From NCBI RefSeq assembly GCF_018350175.1, contig NC_058368.1, positions 171,308,001 to 171,372,000 of the forward strand: a stretch of DNA of 64,000 nucleotides. Direction: 5' to 3'. Made by a program: the position numbers and the translations under genes. The notes under the pieces are model-generated. The model saw only the letters and a program-made list of their open reading frames with translations. It had not been told where the DNA came from and ran no database searches. Positions 63,341 through 64,000 of this stretch are shown one piece after another. Numbering within the stretch: the first letter of the stretch is position 1; each line of letters begins with the position of its first letter. The stretch is from Felis catus (lineage: Eukaryota).

Positions 63341-64000
63341 GATGTGATATATATATCTACACACACACAATGGAATATTACCCATCCATAAAAAAGAATG
63401 AAATCTTGTAATTAGCAACAATATGAATGGATATAGCGGGTAAAATGCTAAGTGAAATAAGTCAATCAGAGAAAGACAAATACCATATCATTTCAGTCAT
63501 ATGGGGAATTTAAGAAACAAAACAAACAAATTAAAAGAGAGACAAACTAAAATACTGATTCAAATATAGAGAACAAACTGATGGTTACCAGAGGGGAGGT
63601 GGGAGAAGAGATGGGTGAAATAGGTGATGGGGATTAAAGAGTACACTTATGATGAACACTGAAAAATCTATAGAATTTTTGAAGCACTACATTGTATACC
63701 TGAAACTAATAAAATACTGTATGTTAACTATCCTGGAATTAAAATTAAAATTTTTAAAAAATATAAAACACAATTTCTTAAAATGTTGTAACTGAACAGA
63801 CCCTAAATATTTTAGTCCTTCTAAAAAAGGTAAGCTGGGGTATATAACTAGTTGACATCAGAAATGAAGCTAAATTTCTATTTCACTCACTTTTTACTTG
63901 GCATACTCATTTTTACATTTCTATATTATTTCTCTACTGGCTCTTTCTAAATACACATATTCTTCACTGAACATGTCAGTCACCTCACTGTTTTGAGGAT

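Larger units (their letters stand above)
61680..63768 (+). mobile_element. 5'-truncated carnivore L1 (disrupted 3' part of ORF2 plus 3'UTR)
   Basis: Peptides [17 protein letters not shown] and [17 protein letters not shown]...WWECKLVQ are L1 ORF2p; stops and frameshifts present; A-rich end. Confidence 0.96.

Noticed and set aside
1..64000. Prokaryote-type systems (operons, CRISPR arrays, defence islands) or a novel multi-gene system
   Set aside because: The sequence is repeat-rich mammalian DNA with no long ORFs and no regularly spaced repeat-spacer array.

Overview
AT-rich mammalian genomic DNA, almost certainly from a cat-family carnivore. About 27 tRNA-derived CanSINEs are present, several of the young felid SINEC_Fc type, together with carnivore L1s. 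I find no supportable protein-coding gene, structural RNA gene or CpG island. The ORF track is explained by SINE antisense frames, L1 ORF2 remnants, microsatellites and chance, so the window is intronic or intergenic. Its content is layered repeats: ancient L2, CR1/L3 and MIR; old L1M fragments; MaLR/ERVL LTRs (MLT1, LTR16, MER21); hAT fossils (Charlie1a-like, MER5A); and younger L1s and SINEs with readable target-site duplications (TSDs). I could not support a novel biological system. The most notable structures are a four-layer nest containing a 5'-inverted (twin-primed) L1 at 37.2-39.2 kb, repeated SINE insertion into single target sites, a SINE with extra 3' sequence inside its TSDs, a diverged non-TE duplication at 22.4-22.8 kb, a dense transcription-factor motif cluster at 47.5-47.9 kb and one candidate 135-nt exon. 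Repeat family names come from recalled consensus similarity, not from a database search, and boundaries of old elements are approximate.
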